Source of the DNA: Candidatus Wildermuthbacteria bacterium
GTDB taxonomy: Bacteria > Patescibacteriota > Minisyncoccia > Minisyncoccales > UBA10102
NCBI GenBank assembly: GCA_016181405.1
Contig: JACOZJ010000004.1
Span: 71,479 to 114,312, forward strand
Reading direction: 5' to 3'
DNA length: 42,834 nt
Positions 16,957 to 27,080 of the stretch are shown here, piece by piece. The notes under the pieces are model-generated. The model made no database searches and had not been told where the DNA came from. It saw only the letters and a list, made by a program, of their open reading frames with translations. Each line of letters opens with the position of its first letter. Position 1 is the stretch's first letter. The position numbers and the translations under genes are program-made.

Positions 16957-17274
16957 TTACTCAACTTGCTGTGGCGGAACAAAAATGTTGCGCGACTGCA
17001 GAGTTCCCGCTTGGTTGAATTTTTGTTCTCGCTCTTGCCAAATCTGAATAATTTGCTGAAGCGCCTGTTCATCGAAACGGGTTTGCACAATTTCGTTTTG
17101 CGCTTCCGCGTTCTGAAGCAAAAACACATATTGATAAAAAACTGCCGCAGAAATAACCAGCGCAAAAAGCAGCAAAATCAAAAAACCGAAGAAAGGCTTT
17201 TCTCCCGCCCATCGCGGAATTTTGAGAAGGAAACGAACAACGTTATCTAATTGTGAGCTCTGGATTCTAATCAT
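16957..17274 (-). CDS. Single-TM protein downstream of pilO (positional PilP-like accessory)
   Basis: One TM (FFGFLILLLFALVISAAVFY) then a helical region ending RNIF; ATG 17274 overlaps the pilO stop. Confidence 0.6.
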   Translation of the reverse strand: MIRIQSSQLDNVVRFLLKIPRWAGEKPFFGFLILLLFALVISAAVFYQYVFLLQNAEAQNEIVQTRFDEQALQQIIQIWQEREQKFNQAGTLQSRNIFVPPQQVE

Positions 17275-17812
17275 TGGCAAATACCTTAATGGACATGGAG
17301 AACTCAATTTCTCCTTGATTCTGCTGGCCCGCAAAACTTTTTCTCTGCCCCATGGTAAGTGTTCCCACTTCCAGAAGGTAAGGAGCATTCTCGATTTTTT
17401 GCAGAAATGCCATGGTGTCGGGATACAATCCTCCCCCTGCCAAACGCACCTCAAATGAAGGCCAGCGATCTCCCTGGAGACGCTGAACAGGTCCCGGCGT
17501 TTTTTCTATCTGCAATCGGAAAGAAGCGGCCGCCTCGTCGAGAAAACGGAAAAACTCAATCGGTGTGGCACTATCCACAAAAAGATTTTTCATGCGCCCA
17601 AATTCACGAGCGTATGTGCTCGCAAGCCTCTCAAACTCGATCGAGCTCTCCTCATCTTCTCTTAACTGAATAAGCTCCCGTTTATATGCGAGCACTTCTT
17701 TGTGATCTCCCACCACTCCCTGGAATATGGGATAGACCACTACACCCAAAAACAGCGCGATAAAAGCACCGAAAATAGCGAGAGTAACGATAATTTTCTG
17801 CCCTGCTTTCAT
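17267..17812 (-). CDS. pilO: Type IV pilus alignment protein PilO
   Basis: N-terminal TM, coiled coil, GLYPDTMAFLQKIENAPYLLEV; follows pilN. Confidence 0.8.
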   Translation of the reverse strand: MKAGQKIIVTLAIFGAFIALFLGVVVYPIFQGVVGDHKEVLAYKRELIQLREDEESSIEFERLASTYAREFGRMKNLFVDSATPIEFFRFLDEAAASFRLQIEKTPGPVQRLQGDRWPSFEVRLAGGGLYPDTMAFLQKIENAPYLLEVGTLTMGQRKSFAGQQNQGEIEFSMSIKVFAND

Positions 17813-18360
17813 AACTCAAACTCAAAAGAAAAGTTAATATCGGCTGCTCGAATCCAGTTTGAAGGAGGAAAATAAAAATTCTTAAACAAGGTAATTTGCC
17901 CAAGGTTTGCCCGAAGGGCAAGCAAATCTTCCGTTTGAGGAGCAAATCCTGCCAAAGCTATCTTTGCTTTTGCGGGAGCCGGAGCTCCTTTGCCGCCTCG
18001 TTGGGAAACAGGAGTATAAGCGAAAGAGGTGAGGTATACATTCGATGGGAAGGCGGCGGAAATTCGTTCAATAACGTCAGAGAGCAAGACGCGATTCGCG
18101 TAAAAAGACGAGGCACCTGCAATATCTGAATTGAGCTCTCGCATACGTTCTAGGCGAAGCTCTCCTCCTTCTTCGCGCTGCGCCTCCACCAAAATCTGCT
18201 GCGCCTGAATTTCTCCCGATACATATACCCGAATGGACAAAAGAGCTAAAGACAAGCAAATAAGAAATACCACGAGCAGCAACCCCAAGATAAGCACAAG
18301 GCGGAATCGCTCTTCTCTTTGCAATTCTTCTTTATACTGGGGTGGCAAAAGATTAATCAT
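17809..18360 (-). CDS. pilN: Type IV pilus alignment protein PilN
   Basis: MINLLPP start motif, one TM, PSNVYLTSF, IALAGFA. Confidence 0.85.
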   Translation of the reverse strand: MINLLPPQYKEELQREERFRLVLILGLLLVVFLICLSLALLSIRVYVSGEIQAQQILVEAQREEGGELRLERMRELNSDIAGASSFYANRVLLSDVIERISAAFPSNVYLTSFAYTPVSQRGGKGAPAPAKAKIALAGFAPQTEDLLALRANLGQITLFKNFYFPPSNWIRAADINFSFEFEL

Positions 18361-19462
18361 AAAGTTTTTTGGTCTGCACCCCTCTGAGCGCAAGCCCGAG
18401 CGCAGTGCTCCAACTCAAGGATTCTGGGAACGAAAGCAGCGGCAACTCTTGCGTGCCTGGAGAAAGAATATTTACCCAGGGATTTCCTACCACTACCTCA
18501 ATTTTGAGCGTCCGCATTAAAAATTCGGGGAGTCCCTTCAGGTTCGCCCCTCCTCCACACAGCATAATTTTCTTAATATTTTTTTGGGGCTTTCCAAGAT
18601 GCTGATGAGGCACGTGGGTCTCATAATACTCCAAGTACTTGCTGATTTGCTCAATAAAATCGGCTGCTACGGGGGTTACTGCCTGAAACACTTCCTGCCC
18701 AAGCGCGTCTTCGGGCGTATACAAGCCATACTGACGCTTGAGCTCCTCTGCTTTTTCCTCGTCCACGTGAAGCGTTCGCGCGACTGCCTCGGTGAATTGC
18801 TTGGAACAAATGGAAAGGGATGTGGTAAACCGTATGCTATATCCAGAAAAGATACTCACCTTTGTGCGCGCCTGCCCAATATCGACGACTAGCATTGGTA
18901 TGGGCGTAACCCCTTTTTCGATTACCGTCCGCGTGAGCGCAATTGCATCGATTTCAAGCGCTAAAGGAATCAACCCTGCTCTCTTGAGCGCCGACACATA
19001 CGTATCGACGATCTCTCGCGGAAGCGAAGCAACAAGAACATCAAGATGATTAAGATGATTGTGTAAGGGAGGAATGACGGCAAAATCGAGATACACCGTA
19101 TCAATCGGGTAGGGAATATAGCTTTCCGCCTGAAAGCGTATAGCAGCCGCCAGTTCTTCTTTGTTCATGCGAGGGAGCTGAACTACCTGCACGAACGCTT
19201 TCTCTTCGGGGAGAGCCGCTACTACATAGCGGGTTCGAATGTTTTTGCCTTTTGCCTGCTTGAGCGTTTTTTGGATAGACGCGGCGAGCCTGTCTTCGTT
19301 TTTGATCTCACCGCCCTCGATAACCCCCTGATCGAGCTCACCTACTCCATAGGAAGCCAAACGAAAACCTCGCTGTTTTTTCTCGAGTTGAGCGACTTTG
19401 AGAGAAAGATCGGAAATGTCCAATCCGAATGCCTGCGGATGAAGCGTAAGAAATCCTAGCAT
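18353..19462 (-). CDS. pilM: Type IV pilus assembly protein PilM (actin-like)
   Basis: FGLDISDLSLKV, LVVDIGQART, MLCGGGANLKGL, GNPW, ALGLALRG. Confidence 0.93.
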   Translation of the reverse strand: MLGFLTLHPQAFGLDISDLSLKVAQLEKKQRGFRLASYGVGELDQGVIEGGEIKNEDRLAASIQKTLKQAKGKNIRTRYVVAALPEEKAFVQVVQLPRMNKEELAAAIRFQAESYIPYPIDTVYLDFAVIPPLHNHLNHLDVLVASLPREIVDTYVSALKRAGLIPLALEIDAIALTRTVIEKGVTPIPMLVVDIGQARTKVSIFSGYSIRFTTSLSICSKQFTEAVARTLHVDEEKAEELKRQYGLYTPEDALGQEVFQAVTPVAADFIEQISKYLEYYETHVPHQHLGKPQKNIKKIMLCGGGANLKGLPEFLMRTLKIEVVVGNPWVNILSPGTQELPLLSFPESLSWSTALGLALRGVQTKKLYD

Positions 19463-19480
19463 TGTTCGTATTATATCCCG

Positions 19481-20719
19481 TTACTCAATTTCTTTCCAAC
19501 TCGTTACCCTCCATCCACCCCCAGGACCATTCGTAAATATTGAACTCGCGAGGCCAATTTCGTATGTAACGACTGCATTGTTCTTCACCTCTAACCCATA
19601 CCCGACGATTTCTCTCATGGCAGCATTATTTTCAACTTGTACGAACCCATTCGAAGTGTACAAAATATCTACTTGCGCATTGTTCTTAATGATAAGCGCT
19701 GGGTCAAGAGAAGAATCTGAAAGATACATAAGGTAGCTCCCGGCTTGCCCAGAGCCAGATGAAATACTATTGTTTTCCAGCGTAATCCTTCCGTCAGCGA
19801 TAAGGGCTCCGCTTGTCGTGTCATATCCTAAGTCAAGACGTACTTGCGAATTACCCTTTACAATCACATCCCCAGTAACCCAAATCGTTCCTGTAATAAC
19901 CAACTGAGCATCGTTCTCAATAGTCATATTCCCTTCGATTTTCGCGGGTCCCAAAGAGTTCACTCCGCCCGAGCGCTGGTAATTCCCACTTATCACGGTG
20001 CCGGCGGTTGCTTCGTTTTTCCAGTCGACAATCGTGCTGGGAGAAATTGGAAGAGGAATTGGAGCTGGAGGAGGCTGATTAACAAAGGAAGTATAGCTAC
20101 AACCAGTTTCGCTCAAAGCGTAAAGAATCCCTATAATATCCGTATTGTTACACGTGTCGACATAGGCATCTCCTCCAATCTCTCCCTCAGAGAGCCTATT
20201 GCCGTTACCGGATATTTGAACAGTCCCCGTAATGAGGGCATTGTTTTCGAGCTCAAAGTCTCCATTAGAAAATACATTGCCAACTATCTGTGAGTTGTTT
20301 TCCATTTCAACCCCCAAATCTCCCACCTGAGCTCCATAAAAAAACCCGACCCCGGTCGAGGAAAGTTCATACACTATCTGCGTTGTCCGGGTGCGATCGA
20401 GAGCGTCACCCTCCACTGTAATCGTTCGCGCTCCGCCCGAGATCGGAGAAATCGTAATAGAAGCTATGGAGCTTGTCGCCGCAGTAATAGAATATGGGCT
20501 AGACCAGGCCATTCCGTTTTTCAAACGCAACAAAGCGTCTTCTACGCCAGATTCTGAAGTTGCGTAGGCCTGGGCAGACTGCACGGTATTTTGCATAATG
20601 CGCTGCTGGGTAAGCACACCAAACCCAATGCTTGTAATAATCCCCAGCATCAATATGAGTACTACAATCGTCAGATAGAGCCCTACGAATCCTCTTTCTC
20701 TGTGGAAATGATTACTCAT
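19481..20719 (-). CDS. PilX/GspK-like minor pilin with a large C-terminal beta-rich domain
   Basis: RERG|FVGLYL prepilin site lacking Glu5; QAYATSESGVEDALLRL; repetitive G-N/V-rich C-terminal region. Confidence 0.8.
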   Translation of the reverse strand: MSNHFHRERGFVGLYLTIVVLILMLGIITSIGFGVLTQQRIMQNTVQSAQAYATSESGVEDALLRLKNGMAWSSPYSITAATSSIASITISPISGGARTITVEGDALDRTRTTQIVYELSSTGVGFFYGAQVGDLGVEMENNSQIVGNVFSNGDFELENNALITGTVQISGNGNRLSEGEIGGDAYVDTCNNTDIIGILYALSETGCSYTSFVNQPPPAPIPLPISPSTIVDWKNEATAGTVISGNYQRSGGVNSLGPAKIEGNMTIENDAQLVITGTIWVTGDVIVKGNSQVRLDLGYDTTSGALIADGRITLENNSISSGSGQAGSYLMYLSDSSLDPALIIKNNAQVDILYTSNGFVQVENNAAMREIVGYGLEVKNNAVVTYEIGLASSIFTNGPGGGWRVTSWKEIE

Positions 20720-21218
20720 ATGATCGCAAGGAAGCAGTTGCCTGCACTGTTTGCGAGGCTTCTAAATATGAAGTCTCTACCGTAATATGCACCGATGCAG
20801 CCGACCCTGTCTGCACCTGCGTGAACTCAAGATTTTGAATCTGGATTTTCTCTGAAGTTAGGGCCTGCGGCGCCTGAAATTCGCGTTTGATGCACAGCCG
20901 CGTGCCGCAGAGGAAAAAATCAACATAGGTGGAAGTTTCTCCGGCGGGCACGTCCTTACGAGTTTCAATGGAAAGTTGCGCCCAAGGAGGACTGGGGGGA
21001 ATTGCATATTCAGAAGGCGTATACACACTTTGGGCCTCGCGAATTTCGTTTGTCATTAAGGCGAGCGCGTGCTCTACTCCAACCACAAGCTCGTTTTGCA
21101 CATGAACCTGACTGCTCGCGCGCACCACCCACACTAAAAGCGAGATAACCGTACCTGCCAGAAGCACAAGCGCAGCAAGGTAAATAATCATCTCCACCAT
21201 GGTAAATCCTTTCTTCAT
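20712..21218 (-). CDS. PilW/GspJ-like minor pilin
   Basis: MKKG|FTMVEMII class III signal; start at ATG 21218. Confidence 0.8.
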   Translation of the reverse strand: MKKGFTMVEMIIYLAALVLLAGTVISLLVWVVRASSQVHVQNELVVGVEHALALMTNEIREAQSVYTPSEYAIPPSPPWAQLSIETRKDVPAGETSTYVDFFLCGTRLCIKREFQAPQALTSEKIQIQNLEFTQVQTGSAASVHITVETSYLEASQTVQATASLRSYE

Positions 21219-21223
21219 ACCTA

Positions 21224-21727
21224 TTAGTTCCAATTGGTAAAGTAAGCTTCCAACTCGACCTGATGGTTCCTCCCCCGTTCCTCCCACGCAACCTGGACAA
21301 TAGCTTTTATCGTGTCTGGATCGAGGGTGCCGCTCGCAGAAATGTTGTCTGACCCGTCGCGATATACTTCTTCAAACACGATTTGCCTCGTGAATTCGCC
21401 GATTGTTTCTGGACCCGATGCAAGCGTCCACTCCGGCGGGCTCCCGAACTGCTCTGGATGGTAGAAATCTCCGAGAGTCAAAGCTCCCAAGCCCGTTGCC
21501 CAATCGGTGCCGTCCCGAACATTCCGTGCGATTTCCAAAGCTTCCTGCGCCAAAGCGGTAGCTTGACTTGTCTGTTGTACAACCTGCGATGTCGCCAGAA
21601 AGAAGGCCGCCAACCCAAGAATAGCAGCGAGCGACCCCATAATAATCCCAGAGGCGACAACAATCTCTACGAGCGACCCTCCTCTCTGGCTATATCCTTT
21701 TTTATTGAATAGTAGTCGTAGTAACAT
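21224..21727 (-). CDS. PilV/GspI-like minor pilin
   Basis: QRG|GSLVEIVV; ATALAQEALEIARNVR; VQVAWEE. Confidence 0.8.
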   Translation of the reverse strand: MLLRLLFNKKGYSQRGGSLVEIVVASGIIMGSLAAILGLAAFFLATSQVVQQTSQATALAQEALEIARNVRDGTDWATGLGALTLGDFYHPEQFGSPPEWTLASGPETIGEFTRQIVFEEVYRDGSDNISASGTLDPDTIKAIVQVAWEERGRNHQVELEAYFTNWN

Positions 21728-22622
21728 AGGCCGATGTGCCTTGGGTTACGTTTCCTGCGCCATCATATTGAATTAAGGTTCCGCTATCTGGATCCGCCAC
21801 GGTTCCCGGCACGGTAATGGTGAGCGGTTTTGTGTTAAATCTCCGGTCCCTATGAATGGAAAACTGGGTGACCCATCCTACGTCGTTAAGAACATGGGTA
21901 TGAATCTTGAGTTTTTGATCTTCTCCATCAACTGTTACGATACCTTCCCACACAATCTGGCCCCCACTTACATTGTCGTTTATTACAATTGTTTCCGTGG
22001 TAGCACCGAAATCCAATATAATTTCTTCGGACGCAGTATCAATCGCGCGGCCGACGTAATCAATGTGCACGTGCCGGGAATCGCAGACACGGTCGCCAGG
22101 GGGGACAGCAGAGTCACAATCGCCCCCGCTCAAAGGACCGCTACTGTCAATTGCGACGGCACCCGAACTTTCCACATATACAGTTCTGCTATTACTTGGA
22201 TCTGTCTTGGTTTGCAGAGTAACACTCCCCACATTGCTTGTGGTGCCCTGGATGCGATCAAACACCACTTCTTGCCCTCCAGCAAAAGAAACTGCCCCAA
22301 ACTCAACTGTGTCACGAAGCTGGAAGACTTCTTCGCTTACGCCCGACGCATAGTCATCTCCCTGAAAAAGCACGTACTGGCTCACGGCTGCATTTACATA
22401 AACACCATGCCTTGTGTCTCCTTCTGAAGCTATGGTTTTGTTTCTCGCAAGCTCGAGCACGCGCTGAAAACCTCGCGCCTCTGCCTGCAAATCAGTATCA
22501 CCCCGCAAGACGCTAAGTGCAACCACTGAAGAACCTAAAAGAAAGGCAAAAATTGCCAGCACCACCAAAATCTCCACAAGAGTAAATCCCCCTGTAGCAT
22601 TAAAGCGCTGAAAGCATGCCAT
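21702..22622 (-). CDS. FimT/GspH-like minor pilin with an extended C-terminal domain
   Basis: GG|FTLVEILVVL; LELARNKTIA; VVFDRIQG. Confidence 0.8.
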   Translation of the reverse strand: MACFQRFNATGGFTLVEILVVLAIFAFLLGSSVVALSVLRGDTDLQAEARGFQRVLELARNKTIASEGDTRHGVYVNAAVSQYVLFQGDDYASGVSEEVFQLRDTVEFGAVSFAGGQEVVFDRIQGTTSNVGSVTLQTKTDPSNSRTVYVESSGAVAIDSSGPLSGGDCDSAVPPGDRVCDSRHVHIDYVGRAIDTASEEIILDFGATTETIVINDNVSGGQIVWEGIVTVDGEDQKLKIHTHVLNDVGWVTQFSIHRDRRFNTKPLTITVPGTVADPDSGTLIQYDGAGNVTQGTSAYVTTTTIQ

Positions 22623-23820
22623 ATATTGGCTGAATCATTGAAATCGCGAAAAATCCAACCGTAGCTCCTATGATAAGCATTAAAATGGGTTCGATAATCG
22701 ACGTTAAATTCTTGGTAACCTGTGTTACTCCTTCTTCATAAAACTCGGCGAGTTTTGCTAAGATATTGCCCGTTTCTCCCGTTTCTTCTCCTACCTCCAC
22801 CATCTGAACAACCACGACGGGGTACAAACGTCCGTACGACTTCAGCGCCGCGGAAAGCTTCTCTCCTTTCCCCACTCTTTGGGCACAAACTCCCAAAGAA
22901 TCTTGAAAATACACATTCCCCAACACCTTTGAAGTAATCTCCAAAGCACGCACAATTGGCACGCCCGCAGCAATCAAGGAACTCAAGGTTCTTGTCATAA
23001 GAGCTGCATTCAGCTTTTGAGTAATGCCGCCAAAGAGCGGAGCTTTCAGGATGAAAGCGTCAAATGCCCGCTTGCCCTGCCTTGTCTTCGTGAGCTGAAA
23101 CGCAAGCACTAAGGATCCAAAAAACGCAGGAAACGCGATATACCAAAACTTGGATAGAAATGTCCCAAAAGCAATCACTACTCTTGTCGTCAAGGGAAGA
23201 GGAACGTTGAGGTCTGCGAATGTTGCGGCGAGCTGGGGAATCACCACTATAAGCATGAGCGTTCCCACGCCAAGCATTGCCGCTATAACCACCGAAGGAT
23301 ACAGCAAAGCGCCCAAAATCTTTGAACGCAACTCGTGGGAGCGTTCAAGCTGAAGCGTAAGCTGCTGCAATACCTGCTCTAATGTTCCCGACCCCTCTCC
23401 CACCTTGATCATATTAGTGAACAACTCGGAAAAAATCGCGGGATAATTCCCCATGGATTCTGAAAGATTTTTTCCCTCCACCACCTCTTTTTTTATTTCC
23501 AAAAGGACCTTCCGAAAACTTTTACTTTCCGTCTGGACAGAGAGGATATCGAGTGCCCTGGGAAGAGGAACGCCAGCGGCAACCATAACCTGAAGGTTTC
23601 TCGTGAACAGCAATTTATCCGCAAGCGAAACTGAATGAAGCCTGTTCAAAAAAGGGCCAAAAGAAAGAATCTTCTTTTTTGCGTGTTCTGTTGTCGCAGC
23701 CGTCAGTAAATATCCTTTCTCGCGAAGGATATTTGCCAATGTGCGTTCGTCCTGCGCGGCCTCGGATCCCGAAACTTTCTCGCCGGTCGCCGTAATCGCT
23801 GTATAAAAGTAGGTTGGCAT
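22600..23820 (-). CDS. pilC: Type IV pilus platform protein PilC (GspF family)
   Basis: FTRNLQVMVAAGVP, GEGSGTLE, ALLYPSVV, VGEETG, IIEPILM. Confidence 0.95.
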   Translation of the reverse strand: MPTYFYTAITATGEKVSGSEAAQDERTLANILREKGYLLTAATTEHAKKKILSFGPFLNRLHSVSLADKLLFTRNLQVMVAAGVPLPRALDILSVQTESKSFRKVLLEIKKEVVEGKNLSESMGNYPAIFSELFTNMIKVGEGSGTLEQVLQQLTLQLERSHELRSKILGALLYPSVVIAAMLGVGTLMLIVVIPQLAATFADLNVPLPLTTRVVIAFGTFLSKFWYIAFPAFFGSLVLAFQLTKTRQGKRAFDAFILKAPLFGGITQKLNAALMTRTLSSLIAAGVPIVRALEITSKVLGNVYFQDSLGVCAQRVGKGEKLSAALKSYGRLYPVVVVQMVEVGEETGETGNILAKLAEFYEEGVTQVTKNLTSIIEPILMLIIGATVGFFAISMIQPIYGMLSAL

Positions 23821-23825
23821 ATACC

Positions 23826-25580
23826 TTATTCTGTGATCACCCGTAGTACCTCCTCAATGGTAGTAAGCCCTTGCGCTGCCTTCACGATCCCATCTTCCAC
23901 CATCGTTACCATTCCCTCCGACTCTGCCTGAGCTTGAATTCTATCTGAAGTGACGCGCTGCACGATAAGCTCTTTGATACTTTCTGTTACGGGCAGCACT
24001 TCGTAGATGCCTAACCGCCCCTTGTATCCATCGGAGGCTTCGGCGCTGGGTTTGGGCTTCCAAAAGGGAACATCCTGGAGAGTTTCTTTCGCCTTGATAA
24101 TTTTTCCCTGCCGCAGGATGCCGAGGATCTTTTCCACATTGCAATACGCAGACAAATCCTGTACGTCTTTGGCAGACAATTTATATTCTATTTTTTCTTC
24201 GTAAAGCCGACGCACCAAACGCTGCGCAACCACCACATTCAGGGTAGAGGAAATCAAAAAGGGTTCAGCCCCCATGTCGAGCAGCCGCGGAAGACTTCCT
24301 GCGGCGTTGGTCGTATGAAGTGTGGAAAGCACTAAATGGCCAGTCAGAGCTGCGTTAATAGCAAGATTTGCGGTTTCCTGATCCCGTATCTCTCCTACCA
24401 TTAAGATGTCGGGGTCTTGGCGAAGGAGAGAGCGTAAGCCGGAAGCGAAGGTCAAGCCCACTTTCGGATTAATCTGCGTTTGGTTCACCCGAGGGATTCG
24501 ATACTCAATAGGGTCTTCCACCGTAGAAATATTCACTTCGGGCGTATTGAGTAAATCCATCATAGTGTACAGCGTAGTCGTCTTACCCGATCCCGTAGGC
24601 CCAGTTACCAAAATCATGCCTACAGGTTTTTTTAGATTTTGCTGGAGATGTTCTAATGCTTCTCCTCGTACTCCAAGTTCTTCCAGCGTAAACGCCTGAG
24701 ATCCTTCCGCCAGCAAACGCATCACAACCTTTTCCCCGTCGAACACTGGAAGGACAGAAACACGTGCGGAGTATTTATATTCATCGGTTTCAATTTTGAA
24801 CCTGCCGTCCTGCGGCAAACGGTGCTCGTCGAGCCTAAGGTTTGAAAGAACCTTGATGCGCGCCACAATCCCATCCGCGGCCTGTTTAGGCAACACCATG
24901 GCGTCACGCAGGACGCCATCAATCCGATAACGCACGATTACTTCTTTTTCTGTTGGTTCAATATGAATATCAGAAGCACGCTGCAAGATAGCGTGCTTAA
25001 GAAGCGTATCGACGATGCGGATAACAGGAAGTTCCTGGGCAACCTTCTGCAATTCTTCTGACGCCGAAGTCTCCTGCCCTATTTTTTCAGAAAAGGCTTT
25101 AATGCCAGTTACCTCTTTCTGGATAATATCCCCGAACTCTGCCTGGAGCGTTTTGGAGTACTGCTGCAGAACATATTTGATACTCTCTGGAGTCGTAAGC
25201 CGAGGAAGAATCTTGAGGTTCGCCTTTTTCTTAATAAAATCGATGGTCGCAAGATCATCGGTGTCAAGCATCGCAACTTCGAGGTCTGCCCCCTTTTTCC
25301 GAAAAGCAACAATATTATGCGTTCTGGCAACGGGCTCTGGAATTATCTTTAGCACCTCAGGGTCAATTTTCTCCTTCGCAAGATTTACAAATGGAATCCC
25401 CAAAATATACCCCTCTAGTTTCATCAACTCGTCTTCCGGGATTAGCCCATCGGCAAGTAGCACCTCTCTCACCCTTTTGCCGATTTTCTTTGCCTTGCTT
25501 GCCGCCTCCCTAAAATCCTTTTCCTGCACCAAACCCGCATCCAAAAGAAACGTTTTAAGTTGTGCCTCATCAACACGCAT
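23826..25580 (-). CDS. pilB: Type IV pilus extension ATPase PilB (GspE family)
   Basis: ASDIHIEP, RLPQDGRF, GPTGSGKTTT, LRQDPDILMVGEIRD, ALTGHLVLSTLHT; ATG 25580 preferred over TTG 25586. Confidence 0.95.
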   Translation of the reverse strand: MRVDEAQLKTFLLDAGLVQEKDFREAASKAKKIGKRVREVLLADGLIPEDELMKLEGYILGIPFVNLAKEKIDPEVLKIIPEPVARTHNIVAFRKKGADLEVAMLDTDDLATIDFIKKKANLKILPRLTTPESIKYVLQQYSKTLQAEFGDIIQKEVTGIKAFSEKIGQETSASEELQKVAQELPVIRIVDTLLKHAILQRASDIHIEPTEKEVIVRYRIDGVLRDAMVLPKQAADGIVARIKVLSNLRLDEHRLPQDGRFKIETDEYKYSARVSVLPVFDGEKVVMRLLAEGSQAFTLEELGVRGEALEHLQQNLKKPVGMILVTGPTGSGKTTTLYTMMDLLNTPEVNISTVEDPIEYRIPRVNQTQINPKVGLTFASGLRSLLRQDPDILMVGEIRDQETANLAINAALTGHLVLSTLHTTNAAGSLPRLLDMGAEPFLISSTLNVVVAQRLVRRLYEEKIEYKLSAKDVQDLSAYCNVEKILGILRQGKIIKAKETLQDVPFWKPKPSAEASDGYKGRLGIYEVLPVTESIKELIVQRVTSDRIQAQAESEGMVTMVEDGIVKAAQGLTTIEEVLRVITE

Positions 25581-25594
25581 ATACAATAATCGTG

Positions 25595-25966
25595 CTACGC
25601 TTCTTCTGTTGCCTTCTTAATCTTATCCACAACCTCCTTTAGGTCGTAGTTCGATTTTACGAGATACGTCCTTGCCCCCAGATCTATAGCCTTCTGGATA
25701 TCTTCCATCTGCTCAAGGTTTGTGAGTACAATAACAGGAATCCTTTCGGTCTCCGTGTTCGCCTTGAGGGATTTGAGCACTTCAAACCCGTCTATTTTAG
25801 GAAGCACCAAGTCAAGCAGTATAAGATCGGGGGTTTTTTCTTTGGCAAGCCGCAATCCTATCTCTCCATCCAACGCAGAAATAATTTCGTATTCTTCTTT
25901 CTCCAGCGCGTCGGAAAGAGTTTTGTGAATCGCGGGCTCATCTTCGATAAATAAAATCTTTTTCAT
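25595..25966 (-). CDS. Single-domain response regulator (REC only)
   Basis: ILFIEDE, DLILLDLVLP, PVIVLTN, YLVK. Confidence 0.93.
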   Translation of the reverse strand: MKKILFIEDEPAIHKTLSDALEKEEYEIISALDGEIGLRLAKEKTPDLILLDLVLPKIDGFEVLKSLKANTETERIPVIVLTNLEQMEDIQKAIDLGARTYLVKSNYDLKEVVDKIKKATEEA

Positions 25967-25976
25967 AGCATGGTTC

Positions 25977-27020
25977 TTACGCTCTTTCTTGTTCTGCTTT
26001 TGCCCTACTCATTTCCTGCCTCGCCTTGGAAGTGAAATGAGTCTTTGACGATACGGGCAATGTAAACCAAAACGTCGACCCTTTGTTTTCTGTAGAATGG
26101 AATCCAATTGCCCCTCCCGTTTTTTCGAGCAGCGACTTCACGATGAAAAGGCCGAGCCCCGATCCTTCTGTTTGGCGCCGCACTGCATTGGATGAACGGA
26201 AAAATTTCTGGAATATGTACTTTTGGTCATATGCGGGAATGCCTACCCCATTATCCTCCACCTCCACACGCACATTTTGCCCTTCTGTGAAATACCGGAT
26301 AATAATACGGTTCTCTCTTCTATTCTCTCTGGGCACTGCCTCGCCGTCTTTCCAGGCATATCTGATGGCGTTGTCGAGCAGATTTCCCAACACATGGCGC
26401 ACCAACGAAGGATCGTTGTACAGCTTGGGAATACGTTTCCCCTCCACCCTTATCTCGACATTCGACGCATGCGAAGCCGATTGGAATTCCACCAACACCT
26501 GTTTAATAACCTCCTCGAGCTCAAATTCTTTTTCCTGGAAAGGAAACGTACCCTGTTCCACTCGAGAAACCGTAAGCAAATCGTTCACGAGTTCGTGCAT
26601 CCTGCCAATGTTTTCCTTCAAGATATGGAAATAGCTTATTTCCTGCTGATTCCTGGCAGCGCCCTCACCCATTAAATAGTCCAACCCCCACTTGAGATTG
26701 GTAAGAGGAGAACGAAGCTGATGGGAAACAATGCTGATAAACTCGGTTTTCAAGCGATTTGCTTCTGCCAGTTGCTCAAAGCTCCGAGTAATGATAAACG
26801 CGATAGAAAGCAACACTCCTGAAAGCGCCAAAATTAACAGCAAAGTAATTTGGGGGTCGGCAATATATCGTCTTCCTATGGCAAACGACGCAACCACCGA
26901 AACAATAATAAGCCAACCCATCATCAAAAACAGAAATTGCGGACATTGCCACAGAGGGGTACTATACTTTTTGCACTCTTCAGCCACATTCAATCTCAAA
27001 AAAAAGTCGCGGAGCGTCAT
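25977..27020 (-). CDS. Membrane sensor histidine kinase (2 TM, HisKA, HATPase)
   Basis: VSHQLRSPLT H-box, NLLDNAIRY, DNGVGIP, FQKFFR, GSGLGLFIVK, GSTFWF. Confidence 0.93.
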   Translation of the reverse strand: MTLRDFFLRLNVAEECKKYSTPLWQCPQFLFLMMGWLIIVSVVASFAIGRRYIADPQITLLLILALSGVLLSIAFIITRSFEQLAEANRLKTEFISIVSHQLRSPLTNLKWGLDYLMGEGAARNQQEISYFHILKENIGRMHELVNDLLTVSRVEQGTFPFQEKEFELEEVIKQVLVEFQSASHASNVEIRVEGKRIPKLYNDPSLVRHVLGNLLDNAIRYAWKDGEAVPRENRRENRIIIRYFTEGQNVRVEVEDNGVGIPAYDQKYIFQKFFRSSNAVRRQTEGSGLGLFIVKSLLEKTGGAIGFHSTENKGSTFWFTLPVSSKTHFTSKARQEMSRAKAEQERA

Positions 27021-27080
27021 TGAAGAATTATATCATATATTGAAAAGAGTGCACAAAAATGGTATAGGTAAACTCACGAT

